The position numbers were made by a program, and so were the translations under genes. The notes beneath the pieces were generated by a model. It was not told the DNA's origin. It saw only the letters and a list, made by a program, of their open reading frames with translations, and searched no databases. Source: an uncultured cyanobacterium (GTDB lineage: Bacteria > Cyanobacteriota > Cyanobacteriia > Phormidesmidales > Phormidesmidaceae). Taken from it: DNA of 64,000 nucleotides. Of this stretch, positions 50,819 to 61,175 are shown piece after piece; within the stretch, counting starts at the first letter, position 1, and each line of letters begins with the position of its first letter. Location of the stretch: positions 512,001-576,000 of the forward strand of contig CAWBZI010000006.1 of assembly GCA_963793265.1 (NCBI GenBank), given 5' to 3'.

Positions 50819-51463
50819 TTACAGCAGTGGGCGACTGTACTTTGCAGCCTCTAAATGCCTTTGGGCTTCCCCGGCAATCCGCCGTGCTCGCTTATCAGCT
50901 AGTCTGGCAAGCCACTGTATCAGAGCCAGCATCGGCACAAAGAAGATAACAATACCCAATAGTAAAGAATGAAAATCGGCCCAAGACCAAACCTCGGGAT
51001 TATCGCCGCTATAGCCGCCCCCAGCAACGATTAAAACGCTCATGCCCAGCAGCATGTAGTAAAAAATATGAAGCGCCCAGGCAAACGCACCCCGAGGAAA
51101 GTATGCTAAAAACATATTTTGTAACAAACTGCGCTGAGCGCGAGCAGTCGTCTTGGTAACGGTTCGCTGCTCTAATGCTGCCAGATTCTCAGCCAGCTCT
51201 TGTTTGAGCTGGTTTAGCTCGCTTGCAATATCTTCTTTAATTGCATGGAGGTGATCGGTGGTACAGTTCTCTTTCACACAGTTCTCTTGGGCTTTTACCC
51301 AATCGTTGAGAAAGTTCACTCTCTTATGAGCAACATCAATTGCTTGATTGCGCTGATCGGCCACGTCCCGTTTTTCTTGCCAATCAAAGAAAGCAGTCAG
51401 TGTAATTGGCAGCAGGCCCAAGACCGCGCCTAAAAGTGCATTGGTTAGTTCAGCCTGAGTCAT
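50819..51463 (-). CDS. Hypothetical membrane protein (TM - coiled coil - 2TM)
   Basis: Hydrophobicity pattern. Confidence 0.65.
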   Translation of the reverse strand: MTQAELTNALLGAVLGLLPITLTAFFDWQEKRDVADQRNQAIDVAHKRVNFLNDWVKAQENCVKENCTTDHLHAIKEDIASELNQLKQELAENLAALEQRTVTKTTARAQRSLLQNMFLAYFPRGAFAWALHIFYYMLLGMSVLIVAGGGYSGDNPEVWSWADFHSLLLGIVIFFVPMLALIQWLARLADKRARRIAGEAQRHLEAAKYSRPLL

Positions 51464-51498
51464 CTTGCTTCCAGTATCTCGACGTTAGGTAGCTGTAT

Positions 51499-51855
51499 CT
51501 ATGTTGTTTCGTGTTTTTTTCTTGGCGACTTATTGTTTGGAGGTCTTTTCTTCGCTGAAGTACCGCTTCTAGGCGGTTGGCTCGGCTGAGCGTGGCCATC
51601 ATCGGTGTAGCGAAAATCTTTCTCTACCGTCAGCGTTCTTTTGCGCCAGGTTCTTCCGTTTAGCCTATCAATAGCATCCTGAATAGAATCACCGTCTTCT
51701 AGTCTCACGTATTCGACGGTTTCTTCTTTTTCTCCATCAAAATCACGCTGATCTTTTATATCGATATTATTAAAACCATACTGGGCAAAAAGCCCGCTCA
51801 GATCACACTTCGGCGTATTGTCGGGAAGGTTGCTTACTCTGATGTCGTAATTCAT
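51499..51855 (-). CDS. Divergent RRM RNA-binding protein
   Basis: IRVSNLP...LFAQYG...AIDRLNGRTWRKRTLTVE; basic tail. Confidence 0.75.
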   Translation of the reverse strand: MNYDIRVSNLPDNTPKCDLSGLFAQYGFNNIDIKDQRDFDGEKEETVEYVRLEDGDSIQDAIDRLNGRTWRKRTLTVEKDFRYTDDGHAQPSQPPRSGTSAKKRPPNNKSPRKKHETT

Positions 51856-52006
51856 TATAAGTTCGCACGTTAACGTGGCAGTACAGCTTTGCAAGCAAAG
51901 AATACTGATGTCTGTCTGTACACACTTAATTACTGCATATCGCTCTTATTTCCCTTCAATCGCTTCAATATTCTTTACAAGGCAGATCAATGAGGCGCTG
52001 TCGTTT

Positions 52007-55000
52007 CTAACGTGTTTTACAGATTTTCCGTAGGCGCTCTAAGTCTTTATCTAAGTCTTCAGAAGCGGTGTTTGCGTAATCTTTTATCTGACTACATCCC
52101 TTTTCTATGAGCCCTGTCAAACTCACAATGTCTTCTATTTCCCAAAGCAATACCTTGCCTTCGAAATCAGTAGAAATTAGCCACTTGCCGTCAGGACTGA
52201 AGTCTATAGCATTCACATCGACTGAATGACCTAGCAGTGAAGTGATGGGCCTGCCGTCGCGATGCCACAGCATAATGGTGTGATCGCTACTCGCAGAGGC
52301 GATCATCTGACCGTCCGGGCTAAAGCTAACGCCTAGCACGCCCGCGCTGTGTCCTGCTAGCGTACTGAAAGTATCTGTTTCAGTATCCCAGAGCGTGATG
52401 GTGCGATCACTACTTGCAGAGGCAATCGTCTGACCATCGGGGCTAAAGCGAACCTGCCGTACCCGATTGCTGTGTCTTCTATGTTCTTTGAGCTTTTTCC
52501 CCTCTGTACTGTAGATCCTAACGGTGGCATCGTCGCCAGCGGTAGCTATCTTTCTCCCATCAGGACTAAACTCAACGCTAAGGACTCTTCCAGCATTTTC
52601 TAATAGGCTCACGCTACGCTTACCATCTAGCGACCACAGCTTTGCCGTACCGTCTTCACTCGCAGAGGCAATTGTTTGATCGTCTGGGCTAAAGCGAAGG
52701 CTGCGAACTCTTTGAGAATGTGGCCTGTACGTTCTGAGCCGCTGTCCATCGGCGCTCCAAAGCTGTACGCTTCCAGCGCCAGCACCCACAGCTATTATGC
52801 TTTCATCGGGATTAAAGCTCACATCGTCAACAGAATTCTGCGGTGACAAGATCCTCACCAGCGTACGATCCGAAGCATTCCAAAGTCTCACCGTTTCATC
52901 ATCTCTACCACCCGTAACGATTGTCTTTTGATCAAGACTGAACTGAACGCTATTAACAGAACCGCGGTGACCTTCAAGAGAATTCAGCCAGGGGCGTTTT
53001 ACCTGCCACAGCTTTGTCATATCATCATTAGAAACGGTGATGAGCGTTTGGCCGTCAGGGCTAAAGTCCAGGCCATTAATTGGGCCAATATGAGCAGCCC
53101 AGTCATCTAGAAAATCTCCTTCGCGGCTCCAAAGGCTGACGTCACCATTTTTGCTGCCAGTCGCAAGCACTGTGCTGGTATTATCAAAGGCAATGCTCCA
53201 GATTTCATTGTAATGCTCAATTTTTGATAAAAACTGACCTTCTGCGTCATAGAGCAGGACATCACCATGCGAGCTAGTGATCGCAAACATCTGCCCATCT
53301 GGGCTAAACTCAGCCATCACCACCCAGGAAACATCAATCGTTTTTATCAAATCGCCACTAACATTCCAAAGCTTGAATAGGCCATCTTCTTCGCTCGCGG
53401 TGAACAACCGGCTACCGTCAGGGCTAAAGCCAGCGGAGCGAACTGAGGCGCTATGGCCCTCAAGCGTTTGGAGAAGCTGGCCGTCTCGACTCCAGACTTC
53501 TGCTAGACCATTTTCTCCGCCGATGATTAGTTTTCGTCCATCTGGGCTAAATTGAGCCGTAAAGACTATTTCATCGTTGGTTGAGATAGTTTGAAATGAT
53601 CCATCTTGAAGGTTCCAAAGCTTCACAGTTCCATCTTGGCTCGCAGAAGCAAGAGATTGCCCGTCGGGACTAAAATGAACGCTCATAACGGGACTTTCGT
53701 GTCCGCTTAAGGTCTTGAACAAGCGACCGTCCGCGTAGCTAATCACAATTGTATGGTCATAGCTGCCGGTTGCAAACAGTCGTCCGTCAGCGCTGTAGTC
53801 TACAGCCTGAACAATATTTTGATGTTGCGCTATTCGATTGCGCTCTCTTGTCCAGAAGACGGCGGCAGCAAGGGTTGTTTTTGTATCCACCTGCGTCTGT
53901 TGCATAAATCGGTTTCCTGGCAGCGATCGCAGGCGATCGGCAGCGATCAAACCGTCTACAAGCGCGTCAAAGTGATACCGGTTACTTGCAAAGTTAGCTG
54001 CTGAGCTGCGTCTGAGCGCGGTTGTGAGGTGAAACTGAGCGGTGACAGCTTGAATAGTAGCGAAAATAGCGATCGCACTCATCGTTGATGTCACCGCAAT
54101 AGCAATGCGTTTGCGACGATGTGTCTGCTGCTGCTTTTGCTGAATACTCTGTTGAATAAAGTCTTGTTCTACACGATTAAATCCATGGTTAGGAGCGCGT
54201 AGCATTTCTGCTAGCACTGCTAGATAAGGACTTGTGTACCAAAGAAAGCTCATAGACTTTTTGGGCGAGCTTACGGCTATCTGCTGCCATTCATTAGCCG
54301 CCTGAGTCAGTCGCCGCTGCAAAGGTAGTTTCTCCTCGGCAGCACTCTTCCAAATCAACAGCTTATCCCATCCTCTCACCAGCGCATCGTGCGTCGGCTC
54401 TAGATAAATCTCTTCATTAACATCTGTACCCGTTGTGATTAGGCGAGCTGCCAAAAACGCATCAACCACAGCTTTTGCACGGCTATCTTCTGGTTCTCTA
54501 TAAACCAGTTCAGCAGCAGAGACTTTCCGCCGTGCCATCTCTCCACCCGTTGCCACCATCCGTAGCATCACATTTTGCACAGTTTGAGCATAGGCCACAT
54601 CTTGATCAATCAAAGTTTGGTACTCGCAGTTTGCTCTTTGCGTCAGAGAATGAACAACTCCGCCTAGTTCTTCATAGTCAAGCCGTGTCAGCGCTCGGTC
54701 TATAATAGTGCCGCCATATTGCGCTACCCGCTGACGCTCTAAGTACTTTGTATACAGCTCGCTGAGGGCAAACGACAGCAGCGGCAGCGCCCCAGGCATA
54801 TTTGCAACTTCATCAATTAGCGTTTCTACTAAATCATGCGGTTCAAAGAACATCACTCGCGCTTCTGCCGGTTTTTCGATAGCCTCTCGCAGTTCTGAAC
54901 GGGTCATTGCAGGCACCATAAACCGTCCTCTTTGCCAACGGCTTTTGAGTTCTGTTTCGCCCTGCTGACGTAGCATCTCAGGCACAAACTTTAGGCCAAT

Positions 55001-56392
55001 ATCTCTCACCTGTGGTTCAAAGTCTGATCTTAGCGTCAGCACTAGCCTGAGCTGCGTTCGGTGATCGTCAATAGCCGTGAGGATCTGTTGAAAAAAGTTG
55101 GCGCGCTCAGTTTGACTAGCGCATAGCGTGATGATTTCTTCGCTTTGGTCTATAAAGATAAAGAGCTGACTGTTAGGCGATCGCCTGGCCCAAGCAGCAA
55201 CACTCTGACTCAGCGTCTTTTTACGATCTAAAGGATTAACGCCGGGCAAATGGGCCTGACTCAAAGCCTGATTTAGTGAGTCAAAAGGATGTTCTCCGGG
55301 GCGAATTGCGGGCAGCAACTGCCAGCTTTCGTTCAAGCTATCTATCAGCGAGGGAATTAGGCCCGCTTTCACCAAACTGGACTTACCAGAGCCAGAAGCC
55401 CCTAGTACAATCGTCAGTGGGCGCGCTGCAACAAACTTTTGAAGCTGTTCAACCAGGCCGTCTCTACCAAAAAAGTCTTTGCTATGCTGCGGCTCAAAGG
55501 GGCGCAAACCGCGATAGGGATTAGTTGATTCATCTAGCTTGGGGGCGTCGGGTAAATTGAGTTCGTGCCCAGGCACCCAGAAGATATATTCTCCTTTGTC
55601 GTGTTTTTTTAGGGGATGGAGCCCTGGTGTTTGGCGGAGGGCGCGTTCTGCGGTGGCAATTTCGACGCGATCGCGCAAATACAGATACAGCTCTGTCGCC
55701 GTAATCACCCCGTCTCCCGCAGGCCGATCTAATCCCGCCGCTGGATAAGCATCCGCCTCTCCTCCAATCGCTTCCATTAGAGCCGCTGCAAAAGGAGAAT
55801 GCTTACCACTTTGTCCCCGCTCACCGCTCAAGCTAAAGGCGTCTAGCGCCTTTTGATCACACGCCGCAGACGTTAGTATCTGCCAGGCAGGATCTCGAAT
55901 AAAGCGGTCGTAGCGCTCCCGGTGAATGACTGCTGGCAAGTGACTAATATCGCGCGTGCTTGACCAGCGAAAGGCACCGGCAAAGCAACAGTCTAAAATG
56001 CCTAAAAAATGCCGACAGGGCAGCTCACATAGCGCCGCCTGTAAAGCGGGCATTGCCAAATAGCTACGGGTATCCCCGGCTCTAGCATCTTGAGGAATCA
56101 GATAGCCTTCTGGGCCATCCTCTCCGTTGAGCGCAATCCCGTGGCCTGCAAAATAAAACAACAGCCGACTGTCGGGCGTTACCTGCTGGGGCAAAACAGT
56201 CGCTAATAGGTGTTGCAAGGCTGATAGCGTAGCCTGCTGATCGATTAAGACCGTGACTTGATAGTGGTGGTCTTGTTGCAGCATTTGTGCGATCGCTTCT
56301 ACATCGCTCACAGCCGTCTGAAGTGAGCTTAATCCGCTGCCATATTGATCAATTCCAATAACAACTGCAAAATCTTGAGAAAACTCAGCCAC
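52007..56392 (-). CDS. Caspase (C14) - STAND NTPase - TM - WD40 repeat protein
   Basis: FAGHG/LDCC, NPYRGL, GASGSGKSS, IDQSEE, PGALPLL, HDAL, many WD40 repeats; GTG start at 56392 assumed. Confidence 0.92.
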   Translation of the reverse strand: MAEFSQDFAVVIGIDQYGSGLSSLQTAVSDVEAIAQMLQQDHHYQVTVLIDQQATLSALQHLLATVLPQQVTPDSRLLFYFAGHGIALNGEDGPEGYLIPQDARAGDTRSYLAMPALQAALCELPCRHFLGILDCCFAGAFRWSSTRDISHLPAVIHRERYDRFIRDPAWQILTSAACDQKALDAFSLSGERGQSGKHSPFAAALMEAIGGEADAYPAAGLDRPAGDGVITATELYLYLRDRVEIATAERALRQTPGLHPLKKHDKGEYIFWVPGHELNLPDAPKLDESTNPYRGLRPFEPQHSKDFFGRDGLVEQLQKFVAARPLTIVLGASGSGKSSLVKAGLIPSLIDSLNESWQLLPAIRPGEHPFDSLNQALSQAHLPGVNPLDRKKTLSQSVAAWARRSPNSQLFIFIDQSEEIITLCASQTERANFFQQILTAIDDHRTQLRLVLTLRSDFEPQVRDIGLKFVPEMLRQQGETELKSRWQRGRFMVPAMTRSELREAIEKPAEARVMFFEPHDLVETLIDEVANMPGALPLLSFALSELYTKYLERQRVAQYGGTIIDRALTRLDYEELGGVVHSLTQRANCEYQTLIDQDVAYAQTVQNVMLRMVATGGEMARRKVSAAELVYREPEDSRAKAVVDAFLAARLITTGTDVNEEIYLEPTHDALVRGWDKLLIWKSAAEEKLPLQRRLTQAANEWQQIAVSSPKKSMSFLWYTSPYLAVLAEMLRAPNHGFNRVEQDFIQQSIQQKQQQTHRRKRIAIAVTSTMSAIAIFATIQAVTAQFHLTTALRRSSAANFASNRYHFDALVDGLIAADRLRSLPGNRFMQQTQVDTKTTLAAAVFWTRERNRIAQHQNIVQAVDYSADGRLFATGSYDHTIVISYADGRLFKTLSGHESPVMSVHFSPDGQSLASASQDGTVKLWNLQDGSFQTISTNDEIVFTAQFSPDGRKLIIGGENGLAEVWSRDGQLLQTLEGHSASVRSAGFSPDGSRLFTASEEDGLFKLWNVSGDLIKTIDVSWVVMAEFSPDGQMFAITSSHGDVLLYDAEGQFLSKIEHYNEIWSIAFDNTSTVLATGSKNGDVSLWSREGDFLDDWAAHIGPINGLDFSPDGQTLITVSNDDMTKLWQVKRPWLNSLEGHRGSVNSVQFSLDQKTIVTGGRDDETVRLWNASDRTLVRILSPQNSVDDVSFNPDESIIAVGAGAGSVQLWSADGQRLRTYRPHSQRVRSLRFSPDDQTIASASEDGTAKLWSLDGKRSVSLLENAGRVLSVEFSPDGRKIATAGDDATVRIYSTEGKKLKEHRRHSNRVRQVRFSPDGQTIASASSDRTITLWDTETDTFSTLAGHSAGVLGVSFSPDGQMIASASSDHTIMLWHRDGRPITSLLGHSVDVNAIDFSPDGKWLISTDFEGKVLLWEIEDIVSLTGLIEKGCSQIKDYANTASEDLDKDLERLRKICKTR

Positions 56393-56452
56393 CCTTTTCC
56401 GTCTCCATGCGATTGTTGTTTTTCTAAACTTGCTGCCGAGCAAGCCTAGCGA

Positions 56453-57646
56453 TCAACAAGGCAACGGCTTTTGGTAGAGGTCGAGAATGACTTCTATAAT
56501 GCCGACAAAGGCGATCGCACCTATTACAAAAACCGGCAGCAGCATAGAGCCAAAAGCTGCGATCGCCAACACCGCCGCCGCCGCTGCTAACCGATGCCGC
56601 GTTCTCGCCTTACAGGCAAAAATCACGCCCGTCCTATGCAAAATGGCCAGCGCCACATAGCAAAGCGCTACCGAACCTGCCATCAACCAGCGCTCATTTC
56701 CAGGCAGCGGCTCATTCGGCGCACTTACAACAATATGCTCTACGCCAATCCCCGCAGCCGCTAAGCCAATCACCAAAGGCAGATGACCATATAGCCAAAC
56801 CTGCAAAATCAAAATTCGCCCCGTACTGCGAACTTTTTCTAACGCTGTACCGAGGGAGTTTTCAAAATAGAGCCACCACAGACTAAAAGCCGCAACAAAG
56901 CCCAGTACCGCTGAGAGGGCACCATTCATACTCCAAGCCATCTCAGAGACACCATTCACTACCCCTAGTACCGCTTCACCCAGCACAATAATTGTGAATA
57001 GCCCGAAGCGCTCGGGTAAATGTTCAGCATGAGGCGGCATCTGCCTTTGACCGCTAGCCGCAACTATCGGCGCAACAAAATCGACTAGCAAACCTACAAA
57101 CCACAGCACGAATCGTAAAGGGGCCGGTACGAACAAAGAGACAATCCATAGCGCTGCGCCAATAGCAAATCCAACGTTCATCGGATAGATGAGCGGCCTG
57201 GCCTGTGGAATGTGTTTAGCAGCTCTTAAGTATTCGATGATCAGCAACACTCGTGAAACAATGTAGCTGAGGGCAAAGCCAATGGACGTGTCGCTCCAGG
57301 CGTGGTGGATGTTGACGGCAAGCGCTGCGATCGCCAGCATTTGCAAACCCATCATGAGCCGCCGAATCGTATCGTCCGAATCAAATCTATTCGCATAGAA
57401 AGTAGTGCCAATCCAAGTCCACCACAGCGGCACAAACAGCCCCGCGTAGCTCAAAAAACCACCAATCGAAACGTCTCCACTGAGCTTATGGGCAAGTTGA
57501 GACACCGCGACCACAAACACCAAGTCGTAGAAAAGCTCTAGCCAGGTAGCATGACGCGGCTCGCCTTTTTCTTCATCGTAAATTCGCAGCCTGGGCGGCG
57601 CAGTAATCACGAGCTTCGAGAAAGGGGTGGGGGCGGGTGGTTGCAT
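56453..57646 (-). CDS. ltrA: Low temperature requirement protein A family
   Basis: ATWLELFYDLVFV, ERFGLFTIIVLGE. Confidence 0.9.
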   Translation of the reverse strand: MQPPAPTPFSKLVITAPPRLRIYDEEKGEPRHATWLELFYDLVFVVAVSQLAHKLSGDVSIGGFLSYAGLFVPLWWTWIGTTFYANRFDSDDTIRRLMMGLQMLAIAALAVNIHHAWSDTSIGFALSYIVSRVLLIIEYLRAAKHIPQARPLIYPMNVGFAIGAALWIVSLFVPAPLRFVLWFVGLLVDFVAPIVAASGQRQMPPHAEHLPERFGLFTIIVLGEAVLGVVNGVSEMAWSMNGALSAVLGFVAAFSLWWLYFENSLGTALEKVRSTGRILILQVWLYGHLPLVIGLAAAGIGVEHIVVSAPNEPLPGNERWLMAGSVALCYVALAILHRTGVIFACKARTRHRLAAAAAVLAIAAFGSMLLPVFVIGAIAFVGIIEVILDLYQKPLPC

Positions 57647-57905
57647 GGCACAAAGGTAGATACAGAGCACAGATGAAATAGTCGCACGATTTAACTACGA
57701 CTTAACTACGCGCGCAATACCCCAAACTTAGCAAAGCTCTCAGCGCTTGGCGTAATTAACCGCATGATTGGCTGACAAAAGTTTAGTCGAGAAGAAACTT
57801 AACGGTGATAGCGTGAAGCTAGTATAAAAGGTTTTAAATTGTGTCAGTGAAGTTACTGAGCTTGATAGTATGTAGGAGTGACCCGTCTGTTCTATCTCGA
57901 TCGTT

Positions 57906-60323
57906 ATGATGCCTGATTCTTTCTCTGACTCCGCTGCTAACGTATCAGAGCCTAAAAGACGATTCCGGCTCAATTCCTTTGGTGTTAGGCTTTTTAGCGT
58001 CATTATGGGCGGCGCAATTTTGAGCATTACTGGCGTTACTTTTCTCTTTAGTGAAACGGTTAAGCTTCAGGCTGAAGAGCAAATTCAAAAAATTATAGAG
58101 AGCAAAGTTGGCAGTACCCGTGAAGTAACAGATCGGGCGGAGGCTTTGGCTAATAGCTTAAGCATTAGCGTCGCTACGCTACACGTCCGCAAAGCAGAAA
58201 CGCCAGAAACCTATAAGGAGCTGACTCGTAAGCTATTCCAGGAACATCCAGACTATATTGTTGGCTTAGGATTTGGGCAGAAGGAGTATGGAATTCTTCC
58301 TAGCCAACAGTGGTTCTATCCCTATTATCAAGCGCAACGAACGAGCCCAGACGAGGCTCGTTCAGCATCGGTTCTTGTGCAGACAGAGGGAGCCCAGGAG
58401 ACGAAGAAAGAGACACAAGCTGCACAAACTTCCAATACTCGCTATATCAATCGAGCGTTGGAACCATATTTTTACCCTGAAACAGAAGCCTATCGAACCT
58501 ACTTTTTGCCTCAAAAGGAGCTTTGGACTTCTCCCTACTCAAACAGTGAGGACGTTTCTACAGAAAATCCTAGTCTCTTACTGACTTACTACTCACAAAT
58601 TTTTGACAATGAAAACAATTGGATAGGGACTGCTGTAGTAGATGTTGATAGTGCCTACTTAAGTGAGATTATTGATGAACCTATCTACAGAGGCCAAGGA
58701 CGCTTGGTTTTGGCTGCAGAGAATGGCGATATCATTGCTAACCCAGCTAACGCGAACAGTATTGAGGGTCAAACCTATGTTGATGTTCCAGGGTTGACCG
58801 AAATCTGGTCAAAAATCAACGCGGAAGCGAATACTCAAGCTGTTGGGTTGATAGAAGGTGAGTCTGGATATTGGTCATATAGCCGGGTGCCTGAACAGTC
58901 TTGGTTAATTGTGGCCTACGTTCCATACCGCGCTGTATTTAAAGAGATCGTTTTGACTGCGCTCACCGCTGTACTACCTGCTGGACTACTAATGGCGGGT
59001 TTAACGGCTTTGGTTGTTCGCTATCTCAACCAGCGACTTCGCCCTGTTATTAATGAGTGTCAACGTCTTTCATCAGCAAGCGGTTTCACTAACACTCAGG
59101 TTAAAGGAAGAGATGAGCTTGAGCAGCTTTCGACTTCTTTTTTTAGTATGCTTGAACAGTTAAAGCTGAATTTAAATCAGCCACACCGCACGGCGCAGCA
59201 GCCGTATCCGCCCCTAGCCCCTGGGCAGATGATCGAACTGCTACCCCCAGAAATCTCCCCTTTAGAAGTCGATCGACAGCTTTCCCCTCAGAAGCTGCAG
59301 CGAGAACTGGTTCGCCTTAATGAAGCCGTTAGTTCCTTGGCAAAAGACTCTCGATTATCTGAGGTTACTTTAAAGCCTTCAGACCCTCAGGGCTTAGAGA
59401 CGTCACTCTCATCATCAGCACGAGCAGAAATCGCTTCTATTCAAGATCGACTGAACCAAATTTTCCCCCAAGTTTTAGCGACGCTGAATCAATTTTCTCA
59501 TCTGCTGAGCGCATTTAATCAAACCCAAAACTGTACGATGCTGATTCAAGAGACCATGCTCAACGCCAACCGGGATGTTGAAATGCAGGCTAGCGTTGTA
59601 AATCAGCTACAGCAGTGTGCAATTCGTTTTCGGCCGTTAGCTGAAGACGGCCATCGGACAAAAAACGGAACCAAAAGTCAAGAAGGTGAGTTGACGACTC
59701 ATCCGGCATTTAACGCCTTACAATCGACTTCAGAGCAAATCGGTGAACAGATAGGCGCACTCTCTGAAGCTGCCGAAGATAATCACCGTAAGGCCAAAGA
59801 ATACCAAAGAATTGCTAGCACAGCCCAAGTTCTGATTATTAATGCTTCAACCCTAGCTATCTCAGCCTCTAGGCCACAAAATCCTGAAACACACGCAGAA
59901 ATTGTCACTCAGCTACGCCAGAAAGAAACAGCGCTAAAAGCACTAGCTGAACATTTAGAAACCGCGCAGCTAGAGCAGCAAAGTAGCGCTTCCGTCAAAG
60001 CGATCGCATTAAAGCTGAAGGCGGTCGTCGGTACGTTAGATCAAGACATGCAGCAGCTTGATCATGCCATGCAGTCTGTGCTGAATGAGTATTCTAGGCG
60101 CTACGGTGAGGAGGTTCAACGGATATCTTCAAAGAGCGGGCCAGAAAGTTCAGATAGCCAATCTCTCATCCAGCAGATAAAGCACCTCCGTCAAAACCTA
60201 CAGCAAATGAAAATGCTGACAGATGATATGAGCGAGCATATTTCCTCGACGCTACAACAGACACAGCAGATCAGTTCAATAAAGGCCAATGTTTCTTTAG
60301 CCATTGAGCTTGGTGAAGTCTAG
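57906..60323 (+). CDS. Cache-sensor/HAMP membrane protein with degenerate MCP-like cytoplasmic domain
   Basis: TM - Cache (WTSPY, GTAVVDV) - TM - HAMP (DELEQL); INASTLAISASR resembles the MCP hairpin. Confidence 0.7.
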   Translation: MMPDSFSDSAANVSEPKRRFRLNSFGVRLFSVIMGGAILSITGVTFLFSETVKLQAEEQIQKIIESKVGSTREVTDRAEALANSLSISVATLHVRKAETPETYKELTRKLFQEHPDYIVGLGFGQKEYGILPSQQWFYPYYQAQRTSPDEARSASVLVQTEGAQETKKETQAAQTSNTRYINRALEPYFYPETEAYRTYFLPQKELWTSPYSNSEDVSTENPSLLLTYYSQIFDNENNWIGTAVVDVDSAYLSEIIDEPIYRGQGRLVLAAENGDIIANPANANSIEGQTYVDVPGLTEIWSKINAEANTQAVGLIEGESGYWSYSRVPEQSWLIVAYVPYRAVFKEIVLTALTAVLPAGLLMAGLTALVVRYLNQRLRPVINECQRLSSASGFTNTQVKGRDELEQLSTSFFSMLEQLKLNLNQPHRTAQQPYPPLAPGQMIELLPPEISPLEVDRQLSPQKLQRELVRLNEAVSSLAKDSRLSEVTLKPSDPQGLETSLSSSARAEIASIQDRLNQIFPQVLATLNQFSHLLSAFNQTQNCTMLIQETMLNANRDVEMQASVVNQLQQCAIRFRPLAEDGHRTKNGTKSQEGELTTHPAFNALQSTSEQIGEQIGALSEAAEDNHRKAKEYQRIASTAQVLIINASTLAISASRPQNPETHAEIVTQLRQKETALKALAEHLETAQLEQQSSASVKAIALKLKAVVGTLDQDMQQLDHAMQSVLNEYSRRYGEEVQRISSKSGPESSDSQSLIQQIKHLRQNLQQMKMLTDDMSEHISSTLQQTQQISSIKANVSLAIELGEV

Positions 60324-60336
60324 AGCCATAGCCTTC

Positions 60337-61077
60337 TTATGCAAACAAATCAGCGGCTTCTTTAATGAGTGAAATGATCCAGGCGAGCACAAGACTTATC
60401 CATATTGCTAGCTCTGCTTGAGGAAGCCCGATCAGCCAATGCCAGCGCTCAGCCCATCCCGTAGGCTGAGCGCGCATCCACCATGCCGAAATCTGCCGGG
60501 GCCATAGCCGAGGGCTATCTTGCGTTCTAATTCGAGTTTGCCACACCGACAGTAGGAGCGGCGCACCGCCCACTTTTGCATTCATTAGCAAATGAAGGGC
60601 GATGACGCTGACCATTACCACCCAAGAAATGACATGGGCGATATACCAAGCGTGATTCAATTCACCTTTCGGCAGCCAGGTTGAGTCCATCATTTTGCCG
60701 CTAAATAGCGCGAACGTGAGAGCAAATAGTGCCAGCGTATTAATGAGACGATTAAGGGTGTACCACCAAATAGGCGATCCTACCTTTGTTCTAGCTTTGC
60801 TTAGGGTAGAGAAAGCATTGGGCTGGATTAAGCGCTTTTGTCCCCGCTGAAAGGAATACCGCAGGAAAACTGGAAAGATTAGCAGCGTATACAGTCCAAA
60901 GGTGCCATGAATGCCCTCAACTGCTTTGTAGTCAGGCAGCGGCAGGCTTAGCCAGCGGCCATCGTAAGTGCTATAGGTCCAAAGGGCACTCAGAATGGCC
61001 AAGATTAAACAGATGCCCGTAAGTCCGTGCAGAAATCGAAATAGAAAGGGTTGATAAGGGGAAGTGTATTTAGACAT
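60337..61077 (-). CDS. Cytochrome b/b6-like membrane protein
   Basis: RFLHG, GIHGTFG, AHVISW...LHLL His pattern. Confidence 0.8.
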   Translation of the reverse strand: MSKYTSPYQPFLFRFLHGLTGICLILAILSALWTYSTYDGRWLSLPLPDYKAVEGIHGTFGLYTLLIFPVFLRYSFQRGQKRLIQPNAFSTLSKARTKVGSPIWWYTLNRLINTLALFALTFALFSGKMMDSTWLPKGELNHAWYIAHVISWVVMVSVIALHLLMNAKVGGAPLLLSVWQTRIRTQDSPRLWPRQISAWWMRAQPTGWAERWHWLIGLPQAELAIWISLVLAWIISLIKEAADLFA

Positions 61078-61099
61078 ATCGCAGTCTTGAACGATTTTA

Positions 61100-61117
61100 A
61101 GGGGGCTGCAGCCCCCT
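61100..61117 (-). terminator. GC-rich hairpin downstream of the phosphatase-like gene
   Basis: Perfect palindrome agggggctgcagccccct; only a weak U-tract. Confidence 0.4.
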
Positions 61118-61175
61118 ATATGCTACCGTTTAATTTCTTCTTCTTAATGCCGTAAGCTTGCTACAAACTCACAAC

